Shown: piece by piece, positions 26,714-34,256 of the stretch
How the letters are laid out: each line of letters starts with the position of its first letter
Position numbering within the stretch: the first letter of the stretch is position 1
Origin: a virus
Lineage: Duplodnaviria > Caudoviricetes
Virus record (IMG/VR): IMGVR_UViG_3300020044_006862
Location: 1 to 37,434 of that record
Length of the DNA stretch: 37,434 bases
Strand: one strand, 5' to 3'
Translations under genes and position numbers: made by a program
The notes under the pieces: model-generated
Told to the model about the DNA's origin: nothing
The model's database searches: none
What the model saw: the letters and a program-made list of their open reading frames with translations, nothing else

Positions 26714-28074
26714 GATGGTACTTTCGTTTTGATGTTGTTGCTTGGGGCTTTGTTAAACGTGTTCGCCGCGCCCATGAGCGACACGAGATTTTCAAACAAG
26801 CGGTCAGCCTGCTCAGCTTTCCGCATGAGATTTGCCAGGACTCCGCGCTCTCCTTCGCTTGTGATCAAGTCGATAGTGACGGGCCGCTTTTGACCAAAGC
26901 GCCACGACCGGCGAATGGCTTGGTGCATTTGCTCGTAGGAGTGAGATGGGAAGAAGGTCTGGTGATTGCAGTGCTGCCAGTTCAGCCCAAAGCCTGCAAT
27001 TTCTGGCTTGGTGACGAGGACTCGGATTTGACCCTTTGCGAAGGCCATAAACGCCTCCTCTTTAGCTTCCATAGTATCGCTACCGGAAACCTCGACAGCG
27101 CCGGGAATGGCTGATTTAAGAGCCGCGCTCTCATCGTTCAAGTAACACCACGCAACAGCGCTTTCGGCGTGGCCGTTGATGAGCTGGGCAGCGGCATCAC
27201 AGCGAGCCTCTAGCGTTGTTCTACGCTCGCGGCGTTGCTCACTAAGGCCAACGGCGGGCATAGTGAATAGCATTCCATCAAGAGGCGTTTCATTAACGAC
27301 CACCGTCTCGCGAGTGATGAGTTGCGGCAGCTTGAAGGTCTCATCGGAAAAGCCAAGATCGGAAGGTTTACGAACGGCCCGAGCCCATGAGCACACCCAT
27401 TTGAAAAAGTGGTCCTCGGCATGTCCACGAAAGCGCCAGACGCCAGAGCGAAACTCATCTTTTCGGCTGTGAGTTTTGCGGTCGGCATCCTTTTTGAAGA
27501 ACGTGGAAAGCATGTCGTTAAAGCCCATGTATCCAAGTGCCTCGGAGGACGTGCCAAGCTCGATTAAATCGTTGGGTGATGGCGTGGCCGTGCAAAGCAA
27601 ACGGAAGGACATCTTCCGCATAAAGTCTGTCACCTGGGCCTTGATGACTCCATCGCAGTTCTTGAGAATGCTGGACTCATCGCAAACGCAGGCGGTGAAG
27701 TCTGCGGCGTTGAAGTGGTGAAGCCGCTCGTAATTGGTCACAACGATCTTGCCGGGGGCCGTGCCGTCCGTTGATCGGTGAGCTTCAATTCCAAACTTAG
27801 CGGCCTCCTCTACCATCTGAGGGGCAACGGCAAGCGGCGTCAGAACCAGAACCCGCCCGTTGGTTTGCTGGACAATGTTCTGAGCAAAGGTCATCTGCAT
27901 TGCGGATTTTCCCAAGCCACAATCGGCGAAAATTGCGGCCCTGCCCTTCTTCACCGACCACTCAACAAGAGCGCGCTGGAAGTCAAATAGTTGATCCGGC
28001 ATGAATACCGGAGTGAAGCCAGCATCCTCGTAGGCGTGGCGCTTTCGTTCGAGTAACATTTGATAATCGTTCAT
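26704..28074 (-). CDS. SNF2-like superfamily 2 helicase
   Basis: 'FADCGLGKS', 'CDESS', 'TATPSPN', 'GFGLNWQ', 'QAIRRSWRFGQ'. Confidence 0.9.
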   Translation of the reverse strand: MNDYQMLLERKRHAYEDAGFTPVFMPDQLFDFQRALVEWSVKKGRAAIFADCGLGKSAMQMTFAQNIVQQTNGRVLVLTPLAVAPQMVEEAAKFGIEAHRSTDGTAPGKIVVTNYERLHHFNAADFTACVCDESSILKNCDGVIKAQVTDFMRKMSFRLLCTATPSPNDLIELGTSSEALGYMGFNDMLSTFFKKDADRKTHSRKDEFRSGVWRFRGHAEDHFFKWVCSWARAVRKPSDLGFSDETFKLPQLITRETVVVNETPLDGMLFTMPAVGLSEQRRERRTTLEARCDAAAQLINGHAESAVAWCYLNDESAALKSAIPGAVEVSGSDTMEAKEEAFMAFAKGQIRVLVTKPEIAGFGLNWQHCNHQTFFPSHSYEQMHQAIRRSWRFGQKRPVTIDLITSEGERGVLANLMRKAEQADRLFENLVSLMGAANTFNKAPSNNIKTKVPSWL

Positions 28075-28095
28075 GGGACTTCAAGAACGCACAGC

Positions 28096-28140
28096 GCGCT
28101 TTGACTGTAAAGCGCAAAGTGTAGAAAAAGAATTTTCTAC
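28096..28140. promoter_or_regulatory. Two inverted repeats (candidate operators) in the divergent control region
   Basis: GCGCTTT-N6-AAAGCGC (28096-28115) and GTAGAAAA-N4-TTTTCTAC (28121-28140). Confidence 0.5.
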
Positions 28141-28146
28141 TTTTAT

Positions 28147-28175
28147 TTGACGCGATGCAAACCGTGTGATTTAAT
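28147..28175 (+). promoter_or_regulatory. Sigma70-like early promoter
   Basis: TTGACG-N17-TTTAAT with an AT-rich upstream tract. Confidence 0.7.
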
Positions 28176-28200
28176 CATCTCGTTAACCACACGAACGATT

Positions 28201-28389
28201 ATGAACTCATTCCTTGCCAGCCAGATTAAAGAAATAGCAACTGAGCTTATTCTTGACGCTCTTGAGAACGGCGACGCCATCAAAACGGCTCAAGAATTGC
28301 GTGAGGATATTCGCCAAGGGTGGATGGCTGCTCTTGAGTCCTCCGGTATGCCTGAAGACATGATCAAAACTTTGAAATTTTCACTGTAA
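28201..28389 (+). CDS. Hypothetical early protein
   Basis: ATG at 28201 with a GAACGATT leader. Confidence 0.6.
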   Translation: MNSFLASQIKEIATELILDALENGDAIKTAQELREDIRQGWMAALESSGMPEDMIKTLKFSL

Positions 28390-28393
28390 CCCC

Positions 28394-28552
28394 ATGACCG
28401 CCACTCCTCCACCACCAATCCCAACATCGACTCTCAAAGTCACCGCCGACCTTCACCGCAGGCTCAAGATCCACGCCTGCCGCAACGGGTTTAAATTGCA
28501 GGACTTCGTTGAGCGCGTCTTGGAAAAGTCGCTTAACCGCAAGAAGCCTTGA
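28394..28552 (+). CDS. Arc/RHH-like DNA-binding protein, 52 aa, not in the ORF track
   Basis: 'STLKVTADLHRRLKIHACRNGFKLQDFVERVLEKSL' strand-helix-helix pattern. Confidence 0.7.
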   Translation: MTATPPPPIPTSTLKVTADLHRRLKIHACRNGFKLQDFVERVLEKSLNRKKP

Positions 28553-28594
28553 GCATAACTTTATACAACACCGATAATCCCAAATAGAACGATT

Positions 28595-28933
28595 ATGACT
28601 GCACCCAAACACACTCCTGCGCCTTGGCGCTACATCAGACGCTCTGACGAAGAGTTTTCTCATCCCAGCATTGAGGCTTTGGATGACACGTTTTCAGTCG
28701 TCATTCTTGGTTTCAGAGATGACCCTAACGACGACGGCGGCGTGCGTGGTCGCACCCTTGAAGAGGCTGAAGCAAACGCCCACCTCATCGCGTCGGCTCC
28801 TGATTTGCTGGAGGCTTTGAAGCGTAGCGTTGTCGCTCTTGAGGAGTGCGCTGACTGCCTGGACTCCTACCGCATCGGGCAGCTTGAAGCAGCACGCGCC
28901 GCTATCGCCAAAGCGGAAGGGAGGGCGAAATGA
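28595..28933 (+). CDS. Conserved phage early protein
   Basis: 'KHTPAPW...EANAHLIASAPDLLEAL...ARAAIAKAEG', a pattern common in phage early regions. Confidence 0.8.
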   Translation: MTAPKHTPAPWRYIRRSDEEFSHPSIEALDDTFSVVILGFRDDPNDDGGVRGRTLEEAEANAHLIASAPDLLEALKRSVVALEECADCLDSYRIGQLEAARAAIAKAEGRAK

Positions 28934-29118
28934 AACTAGCCCAAAGCACCCGGCGTCTACTGTCTTTTGCTCGCTGGATTTCCTCGGCATGCTTCTGGCA
29001 ATACTGCCGCCACCACAGCACGCTGCCGCTGTGCGACAAGCAGGTCAAGCACGCGCAGCTTCTGGCGCGCTGGGCAAAGCACGACCTTCAAGCATGGAGG
29101 GCCGCGACTTTCCAATGA
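28930..29118 (+). CDS. Hypothetical protein
   Basis: SD plus ATGA coupling at both ends. Confidence 0.5.
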   Translation: MKLAQSTRRLLSFARWISSACFWQYCRHHSTLPLCDKQVKHAQLLARWAKHDLQAWRAATFQ

Positions 29119-29315
29119 CTATTCACCGCCTCATCTTTGAACTGGAGCAGTTAGCAGGAAAACTCCCGAGCGGCTACCAATCCGATGTCGTCGCCTGGGT
29201 CCGAGTCCCGAATGCCGGTGAGTCCGCAGTCCTCGAAGTCTCCGAAGTGCAACAAGGCTACCGCATCACGCACGGCGGCGCCATCGCAACAATTTGCCTG
29301 GATCAACGGGCATGA
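29115..29315 (+). CDS. Hypothetical protein
   Basis: MTIHRLIFELEQ..., ATGA-coupled. Confidence 0.55.
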   Translation: MTIHRLIFELEQLAGKLPSGYQSDVVAWVRVPNAGESAVLEVSEVQQGYRITHGGAIATICLDQRA

Positions 29316-29467
29316 CCAAAACAACAACAATGAAATCCCTCCTCTACTCCCTCCTGCCCTACTGGGCCATCGCATCCATCCGCCGCCGTCGTGACACCAA
29401 GCGCCGATACAAGCTCGCTGTGCGCGAGAATGGCAAAATTTACGGGACGTTCGTCGATCCCGTCTAA
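29312..29467 (+). CDS. Small basic hypothetical protein, not in the ORF track
   Basis: Read manually, 51 aa, ATGA-coupled. Confidence 0.4.
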   Translation: MTKTTTMKSLLYSLLPYWAIASIRRRRDTKRRYKLAVRENGKIYGTFVDPV

Positions 29468-29491
29468 ACCCAAACCCAAACCAAAAACACA

Positions 29492-30337
29492 ATGACAACC
29501 GAACTATCCACCCAGCCCGAAATCACCGACATCCAAATCCAGCGAGAGAACGCCGCCTTTGAGATGCTTCAACGTCAAGCCAAGATGTTCTCCACATCGA
29601 CGCTCGTCCCCAAAGAATTCCAAGCTAACATGCCCAACTGCGCCATTGGCATCAACATCGCCAAACGCCTGGGCGCTGACCCATTCATGGTGTTGCAAAA
29701 CATCGACATTATCCACGGACGGCCATCGTTTCGCGCAACCTTTCTGATTGCGATGGTGAACGCCTCGGGGCGATTTGAGCCGCTGCAATTCAAGATGGAA
29801 GGCGACGAAGGTAAGTCTAATCGCTCCTGCATCGCCTGGACCAAATCCAAGGCTGACGGCACGCCGTTGGAAGGGCCGAAGATCACCTTAGAAATGGCGA
29901 AGGCTGAAGGCTGGAGCACAAAGAACGGGAGTAAGTGGCAGACGATGCCAGAGTTGATGCTGCGCTATCGTGCTGCGGCGTTCTTTGCTCGGCTCTACGC
30001 GCCTGACATCACCCTTGGCATGATGACCGCAGAGGAGGCCGTGGACGCCGTGCAGGAGCGCGAAGTCACTCCCGCGAAGGTGCCGCTGTTCACAACAAAG
30101 CAAGAGCTTGAACCGCTGACGCTGACCGCCGACGCGCCGACTCATTTGGAGATCCTGGCCGCTCGCCTGAATGAGTCTGGTCTGACCTGGGAGCAAGTCG
30201 CGCAAGAAGCGTCTGCTGGCGGCTTCTTTGTGGATCTGGAAGCGCCGATGGAGCAACAAGCGCCAGATGCGCTGGCTGACATCGTGAGCGCGTGGAATGC
30301 GATTGTGAGCGGCATTAAGAAGGGAGGTGCGAAGTGA
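29492..30337 (+). CDS. RecT-like single-strand annealing protein
   Basis: 'PFMVLQNIDIIHGRPSF', 'MAKAEGW..KNGSKWQTMPELMLRYRAAAFFARLYAPD'. Confidence 0.8.
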   Translation: MTTELSTQPEITDIQIQRENAAFEMLQRQAKMFSTSTLVPKEFQANMPNCAIGINIAKRLGADPFMVLQNIDIIHGRPSFRATFLIAMVNASGRFEPLQFKMEGDEGKSNRSCIAWTKSKADGTPLEGPKITLEMAKAEGWSTKNGSKWQTMPELMLRYRAAAFFARLYAPDITLGMMTAEEAVDAVQEREVTPAKVPLFTTKQELEPLTLTADAPTHLEILAARLNESGLTWEQVAQEASAGGFFVDLEAPMEQQAPDALADIVSAWNAIVSGIKKGGAK

Positions 30338-30549
30338 GCGCGAAGATTGACGACGGCGGGTCAGCGTTTCCAATCCTTAGATCCGATCAGGCTGGAATGT
30401 CCCTGCGCGATTGGTTCGCTGGGCAGGCTTTAGCGGGGCTTTGCGCCTCTCAATGGGGAGGGTTGCAGCGGGTCGAAACCTTTGTTGAGCGGTCGCTTGA
30501 AATGGCAGACGCCATGCTCAAAGCACGGAAAGGAGGCTCCAATGACTGA
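30334..30549 (+). CDS. Conserved small phage protein
   Basis: 'DGGSAFP...GMSLRDWFAGQALAG...ADAMLKAR'. Confidence 0.8.
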   Translation: MSAKIDDGGSAFPILRSDQAGMSLRDWFAGQALAGLCASQWGGLQRVETFVERSLEMADAMLKARKGGSND

Positions 30550-30844
30550 CACAATCTACCACCGAGACGCCGGCACTGGCTTCGGACTTGCCATCAAACT
30601 CAACCTAAAGGCCGTGCGCGAACTACTCGACCGCGAAGTCCCGCACTTCAACGACTTAACCGCCGCAGACAAGAAGCTGCTCCAACGCCGGTTCGCCGTT
30701 TATTGCAAACATGGTCGCGCTGACTTCGGTATCGGTGCGGTGGCTGGCAAATTCCAGCAGGAGCATCCACCTAGCATCGACAATTTGCCGAACAAAGCGG
30801 CGGTGCAGATGGCAATCCAAAAGGTGAAGGGAGGTGTAAAATGA
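30542..30844 (+). CDS. Hypothetical protein
   Basis: GGAGG SD and ATG at 30542. Confidence 0.65.
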   Translation: MTDTIYHRDAGTGFGLAIKLNLKAVRELLDREVPHFNDLTAADKKLLQRRFAVYCKHGRADFGIGAVAGKFQQEHPPSIDNLPNKAAVQMAIQKVKGGVK

Positions 30845-31116
30845 GTGACCGACCAACACCGGACACAAATGCTGCCTCTTGGGTAGAGACTAATCAGGCA
30901 AACGCATTGACACTTGCTTCGTTTTCAAGCGAATTAGAACGCGAGCGAGACGAGGCGCGGGAACTTGCGCGGGAATTGAGGGATGCTTTGCAGCGACTCA
31001 TTAACAATGGGCACGCTTACGATTGCTCGTTGATTCACTATATCAATGGTGCGTGTGATTGCGGCCTTCATGCAGCTTCTATTTTGATTGCCAAAGCAAA
31101 GGAGGTGCTGCCATGA
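30841..31116 (+). CDS. Hypothetical coiled-coil protein (paralogue of 32270-32533)
   Basis: 'MSDRPTPDT...LERERDEARELARELRD...KAKEVLP'. Confidence 0.7.
   Translation: MSDRPTPDTNAASWVETNQANALTLASFSSELERERDEARELARELRDALQRLINNGHAYDCSLIHYINGACDCGLHAASILIAKAKEVLP
30949..30985 (+). repeat. 37-bp exact direct repeat, second copy at 32414-32450
   Basis: GACGAGGCGCGGGAACTTGCGCGGGAATTGAGGGATG. Confidence 0.9.
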
Positions 31117-31117
31117 C
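31091..31117 (+). repeat. 27-bp exact direct repeat, second copy at 32508-32534
   Basis: CCAAAGCAAAGGAGGTGCTGCCATGAC, containing the SD and the stop/start overlap. Confidence 0.9.
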
Positions 31118-32273
31118 TAACGACCCTAGACGCGGACTCCCTTCCGCATCATCGCTTGAGCGGCTGCACAACTGCCCTGGAAGCTGGCTGGCGAGCAAAG
31201 ATATGCCTGATGAGTCTAGCGACGTTGCAGAGTCTGGAACGCGCATCCATCGAGCGCTTGAGACGGGCGACATGACCGGTCTTTCGGCCGACGAGGAGCA
31301 GACGGCGGAGATGTGCAAGGCTCAGGCTGACAAGGTGCTCTTCGAATGGGCTTGTAAAGACGACGACAGCTTTAGACCGTTGACACACTGCGCCGAACAG
31401 CGCCTTGGGCTAACCCGCATCGGCGGCGTGGTCGTAGTCAACGACGACACCAGAGCGGATCTCGTTTTTACGGGGCAGGCTGACCTAATCGTTATTGACG
31501 GCAAGCGTGGTCTCGTTCTCGACTACAAGACTGGGCGCGGTGAAGTCGCGAGTGCAGAAGAAAACCTGCAGCTGCGCGGCTTGGCTGTCATGGCTGCATG
31601 GGTCTGGCGGCTGGACTCGGTCAGAGTGGCTATCGTCCAACCCTGGTCTGGTCCTGCGAGCGTTGCGGATTACGACAGGCAAGCAATCGACGATTCCCGA
31701 TTCTGGCTGCTCGACGTTCTGGAGCGGGTTAAGCTTGCGACACCTGAACATCTGAACCCCGGCGCTTGGTGCCACTACTGCAAAGCTAAAGCGGTCTGCC
31801 CTGCTCTCCGCAGCGTTGCGCTTGAGCCTGTTGAACACATGGCGCTAACCCTGCCTGCTGACGACGCAACCGCACGGGCGGCGTTGTTTGCTCGGGCGAT
31901 GGAGATGACGCCGCAGACGCTGACAGCGCTGTATCGCGGCTTGAGACTCGTTGGCTGGTATCAGGCGGCGATCGAAGGCGCGATGCGAAAGCGGGTGGAA
32001 GAAGGCGAGATTCCAGGCTACCGCATGAAGCCTGGCCAGATGCGAGAGAAGATCACCGACGTTGGCGCAGTGTGGTCGAAGTGCGAAGAGCTAGGCGTTA
32101 AGGCTGAGGTTTTCACGGAAGCCTGCTCTGTGACCAAGGACGCGCTCAAGACGCTACTCAGAGACGCTACAGGCGCGAAGGGCAAGGCGCTTGATGCGAC
32201 TATCAAGGACGTGCTCCACGGAGCGACAGAGAGCAAGGAAACCGCACAACAGATTGAGGAGGTAAAAGCATGA
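31113..32273 (+). CDS. PD-(D/E)XK (Cas4-like, DUF2800-type) exonuclease
   Basis: 'SASSLERLHNCPGS', 'GTRIH', 'GQADL...LDYKTG', 'NLQL', 'WCHYCKAKAVCP'. Confidence 0.85.
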   Translation: MTNDPRRGLPSASSLERLHNCPGSWLASKDMPDESSDVAESGTRIHRALETGDMTGLSADEEQTAEMCKAQADKVLFEWACKDDDSFRPLTHCAEQRLGLTRIGGVVVVNDDTRADLVFTGQADLIVIDGKRGLVLDYKTGRGEVASAEENLQLRGLAVMAAWVWRLDSVRVAIVQPWSGPASVADYDRQAIDDSRFWLLDVLERVKLATPEHLNPGAWCHYCKAKAVCPALRSVALEPVEHMALTLPADDATARAALFARAMEMTPQTLTALYRGLRLVGWYQAAIEGAMRKRVEEGEIPGYRMKPGQMREKITDVGAVWSKCEELGVKAEVFTEACSVTKDALKTLLRDATGAKGKALDATIKDVLHGATESKETAQQIEEVKA

Positions 32274-32533
32274 GTGAAAGACCAACACCAGAAACGGATG
32301 CTGAATGGGACCGATTGCAGATGCTGCCTGGGGGCGGCTACAGCTCACAGGTAACAGGCGTTAAGTTGGCCTTTGGGATGGCTGCTTGGGCATCTACACT
32401 CGAACGCCAGCGCGACGAGGCGCGGGAACTTGCGCGGGAATTGAGGGATGAGCTAGCCTGGAAAGGTAAGCTCGTCGGCCTTTCGTTGAGCCAGCAAAAA
32501 GTAATCACCAAAGCAAAGGAGGTGCTGCCATGA
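32270..32533 (+). CDS. Hypothetical coiled-coil protein (paralogue of 30841-31116)
   Basis: 'MSERPTPET...LERQRDEARELARELRD...KAKEVLP'. Confidence 0.7.
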   Translation: MSERPTPETDAEWDRLQMLPGGGYSSQVTGVKLAFGMAAWASTLERQRDEARELARELRDELAWKGKLVGLSLSQQKVITKAKEVLP

Positions 32534-32745
32534 CCTTTCCAGACATCCTCCGTAAAATCTGCGGCGAGTGCAAAGGCACAGGTCGGCAACGTGAGCGGCA
32601 ATACCGCTGTGAGGACTGCGACGGCGAAGGCCACGTCAATGTCTGCGGCCACTGCGACGAGTATTTGCAGGACTGTAGATGCCAATGCACGAGCTGCTGC
32701 GAGAAGTTCGAAGATTGCCAATGTGAAATGGGGGTCGCCGAATGA
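32530..32745 (+). CDS. Cys-rich zinc-finger protein
   Basis: Two DnaJ-type CxxCxGxG motifs plus further Cys clusters. Confidence 0.7.
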   Translation: MTFPDILRKICGECKGTGRQRERQYRCEDCDGEGHVNVCGHCDEYLQDCRCQCTSCCEKFEDCQCEMGVAE

Positions 32746-32915
32746 AACAACGAGAATATCAACGTCGATACTATGAGCAGCGCAAAGCTAAGGGCTGCTT
32801 CGATTGTGGCGAGCCAAAAGGCAAGGGCTCAACCTTAACACGTTGCAGCAAATGCAAAAAGGCACACCGCCAAAATTCAAACGAACAATACAGAGCAAAG
32901 GTATTAGCATTATGA
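32742..32915 (+). CDS. Small basic zinc-finger protein, not in the ORF track
   Basis: MKQREYQRRYYEQRKAKGCFDCG...RCSKC; ATGA overlaps at both ends. Confidence 0.65.
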   Translation: MKQREYQRRYYEQRKAKGCFDCGEPKGKGSTLTRCSKCKKAHRQNSNEQYRAKVLAL

Positions 32916-32992
32916 CACCCATCGAACTATCACTTATCGGGACACTCGTCGGATTTATCGTTTTCTGGCTTATTGGGGAGGCGTTTAAATGA
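32912..32992 (+). CDS. 26-aa membrane peptide
   Basis: MTPIELSLIGTLVGFIVFWLIGEAFK; coupled at both ends. Confidence 0.45.
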   Translation: MTPIELSLIGTLVGFIVFWLIGEAFK

Positions 32993-33387
32993 GTGAATCT
33001 AAGCCGCCATCTTGGTTAGCTAAACTGCACCGCCGCAAGCCTGCACGTAATGAGCACTGCCTTCAAAAAGGGATTGTTGATTGGTGCGACGGGCTTGGCA
33101 AGAACATCGTCAAGGGTCGCTTCTACGCCATACCTAACGGTGGAAGTCGGGACATCATTACGGCATCGAAGCTCAAGGCTGAAGGCGTTCGCGCCGGAGT
33201 CCCTGACTTGGAGTTTTGGCGCGACCAAGGCCGAACGATGCGGATGGAAGTAAAGAACGGAACGAGTGGGCAGCTAAGTCCAGCGCAGAAGGAAATGCAC
33301 GCGAAGCTGAAGATGGATGGTCACTATGTGATCGTGTGTCGGACGCTGGCGGAAGCGATTGAGACTATTCAGGGATTTTATCAGTAA
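32989..33387 (+). CDS. VRR-NUC domain nuclease
   Basis: 'AIPNGGSR...LKAEGVRAGVPDL...MEVK...LSPAQ'. Confidence 0.88.
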   Translation: MSESKPPSWLAKLHRRKPARNEHCLQKGIVDWCDGLGKNIVKGRFYAIPNGGSRDIITASKLKAEGVRAGVPDLEFWRDQGRTMRMEVKNGTSGQLSPAQKEMHAKLKMDGHYVIVCRTLAEAIETIQGFYQ

Positions 33388-33406
33388 CAAACCAAAACCA
33401 AACATT

Positions 33407-33715
33407 ATGCCAAGACCTATCAAAATCAAAATCGACGTGTCGAAGATCGACAAAGCCGCTCTCTACAAAGGAGCCAAGGGAACCTATCTGGACTGCGTGG
33501 CGTGGCCTAGCAAGACGACGGGACAATATGGCGACACGCACTACATTGTCCAGGAGTTGAGCCGGGAGCGACGCGATGCCGGCGACAAAGGCGCAATCAT
33601 CGGCAACATGACCGTGCCTGACGATGATGAGCCGCGCCAACAGTCTCGACCCGTGCAACGCCAGCCGAAGATGGACGAGGTGTTTAACGATGACTCGTCA
33701 GAAATTCCGTTCTGA
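33407..33715 (+). CDS. Putative single-stranded DNA-binding protein
   Basis: 'IKIDVSKIDK..LYKGAKGTYLD'; acidic tail ending 'DDSSEIPF'. Confidence 0.65.
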   Translation: MPRPIKIKIDVSKIDKAALYKGAKGTYLDCVAWPSKTTGQYGDTHYIVQELSRERRDAGDKGAIIGNMTVPDDDEPRQQSRPVQRQPKMDEVFNDDSSEIPF

Positions 33716-33722
33716 TCACGTT

Positions 33723-33754
33723 GCGCCCTTGATTCCACAAGGGATTGAGGGCGC
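33723..33754 (+). other. 14-bp RNA hairpin after the SSB-like gene
   Basis: GCGCCCTTGATTCC-ACAA-GGGATTGAGGGCGC with G-U pairs and no U tract. Confidence 0.6.
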
Positions 33755-33770
33755 GCCAAGAAACAACAAT

Positions 33771-33798
33771 TTGAATCCGGTTTTAACTGGGTTATTAT
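33771..33798 (+). promoter_or_regulatory. Sigma70-like promoter of the replication operon
   Basis: TTGAAT-N16-TATTAT. Confidence 0.45.
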
Positions 33799-33811
33799 TC
33801 ACTGTCATCGT

Positions 33812-33898
33812 CGTTCCCGATGAAATCGAAACCGAAAAATTTGCTCACCCCTTGCCACTGCCTTCGGGCGGTGGGGAACGCTTGGGGTGGGCTTTTTT
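33812..33898 (+). promoter_or_regulatory. Structured leader/attenuator
   Basis: GCTCACCCC/GGGGTGGGC stem plus T6; inner CCACTGCC-TTCG-GGCGGTGG; CGTTCCC complementary to GGGAACG. Confidence 0.6.
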
Positions 33899-33905
33899 GT
33901 GCTTT

Positions 33906-34256
33906 ATGACATACGCTGAGAAATTGAGAGATCCACGCTGGCAGAAGAAACGGCTGGAGATTATGGAGTTGGACGGGTGGAAATGTCGGATTTGTGGAGA
34001 TGTAGATTCAACCCTTCACACTCATCATCTGTATTACAAGAGAGGGCGTGAGCCTTGGGATTATCCAAATGAATCATTGATTTGCCTTTGTGAGACGTGT
34101 CACGAAAAGCAATTTACCTTTCCATCATTTAGCGTAAGCGACATTGAGGAATTTACAATTGCGGTCGAAAGTATTCAATCTGAACGCCGCGATGACATGA
34201 TACTTGCTCAGGCTGAAATGATAAAGAACCATCGCCATAGAAACGCACGCAAATGA
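33906..34256 (+). CDS. HNH endonuclease
   Basis: 'LRDPRWQKKRLEIMELDGWKCRICG...LHTHH...LICLCETCH'. Confidence 0.85.
   Translation: MTYAEKLRDPRWQKKRLEIMELDGWKCRICGDVDSTLHTHHLYYKRGREPWDYPNESLICLCETCHEKQFTFPSFSVSDIEEFTIAVESIQSERRDDMILAQAEMIKNHRHRNARK

Noticed and set aside
26084-26893. 269-aa + strand ORF
   Set aside because: Antisense to the well-supported methyltransferase and helicase genes; no recognisable features
25748-28074. Restriction-modification or DISARM-type defence system
   Set aside because: No cognate nuclease or other defence genes adjacent; helicase + methyltransferase pairs are common in phages
31113-32273. Cas4-like nuclease as evidence for a CRISPR system
   Set aside because: No repeat-spacer array or other cas genes seen; it sits near a RecT-like gene, as expected for a phage recombination exonuclease
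30949-32534. Direct repeats as a diversity-generating retroelement TR/VR pair
   Set aside because: No reverse transcriptase, and the repeats are identical rather than differing at adenines
33624-33905. N-terminal extension of the HNH ORF
   Set aside because: It crosses the SSB-like gene end, a hairpin, a promoter and the attenuator; ATG 33906 fits the family N-terminus
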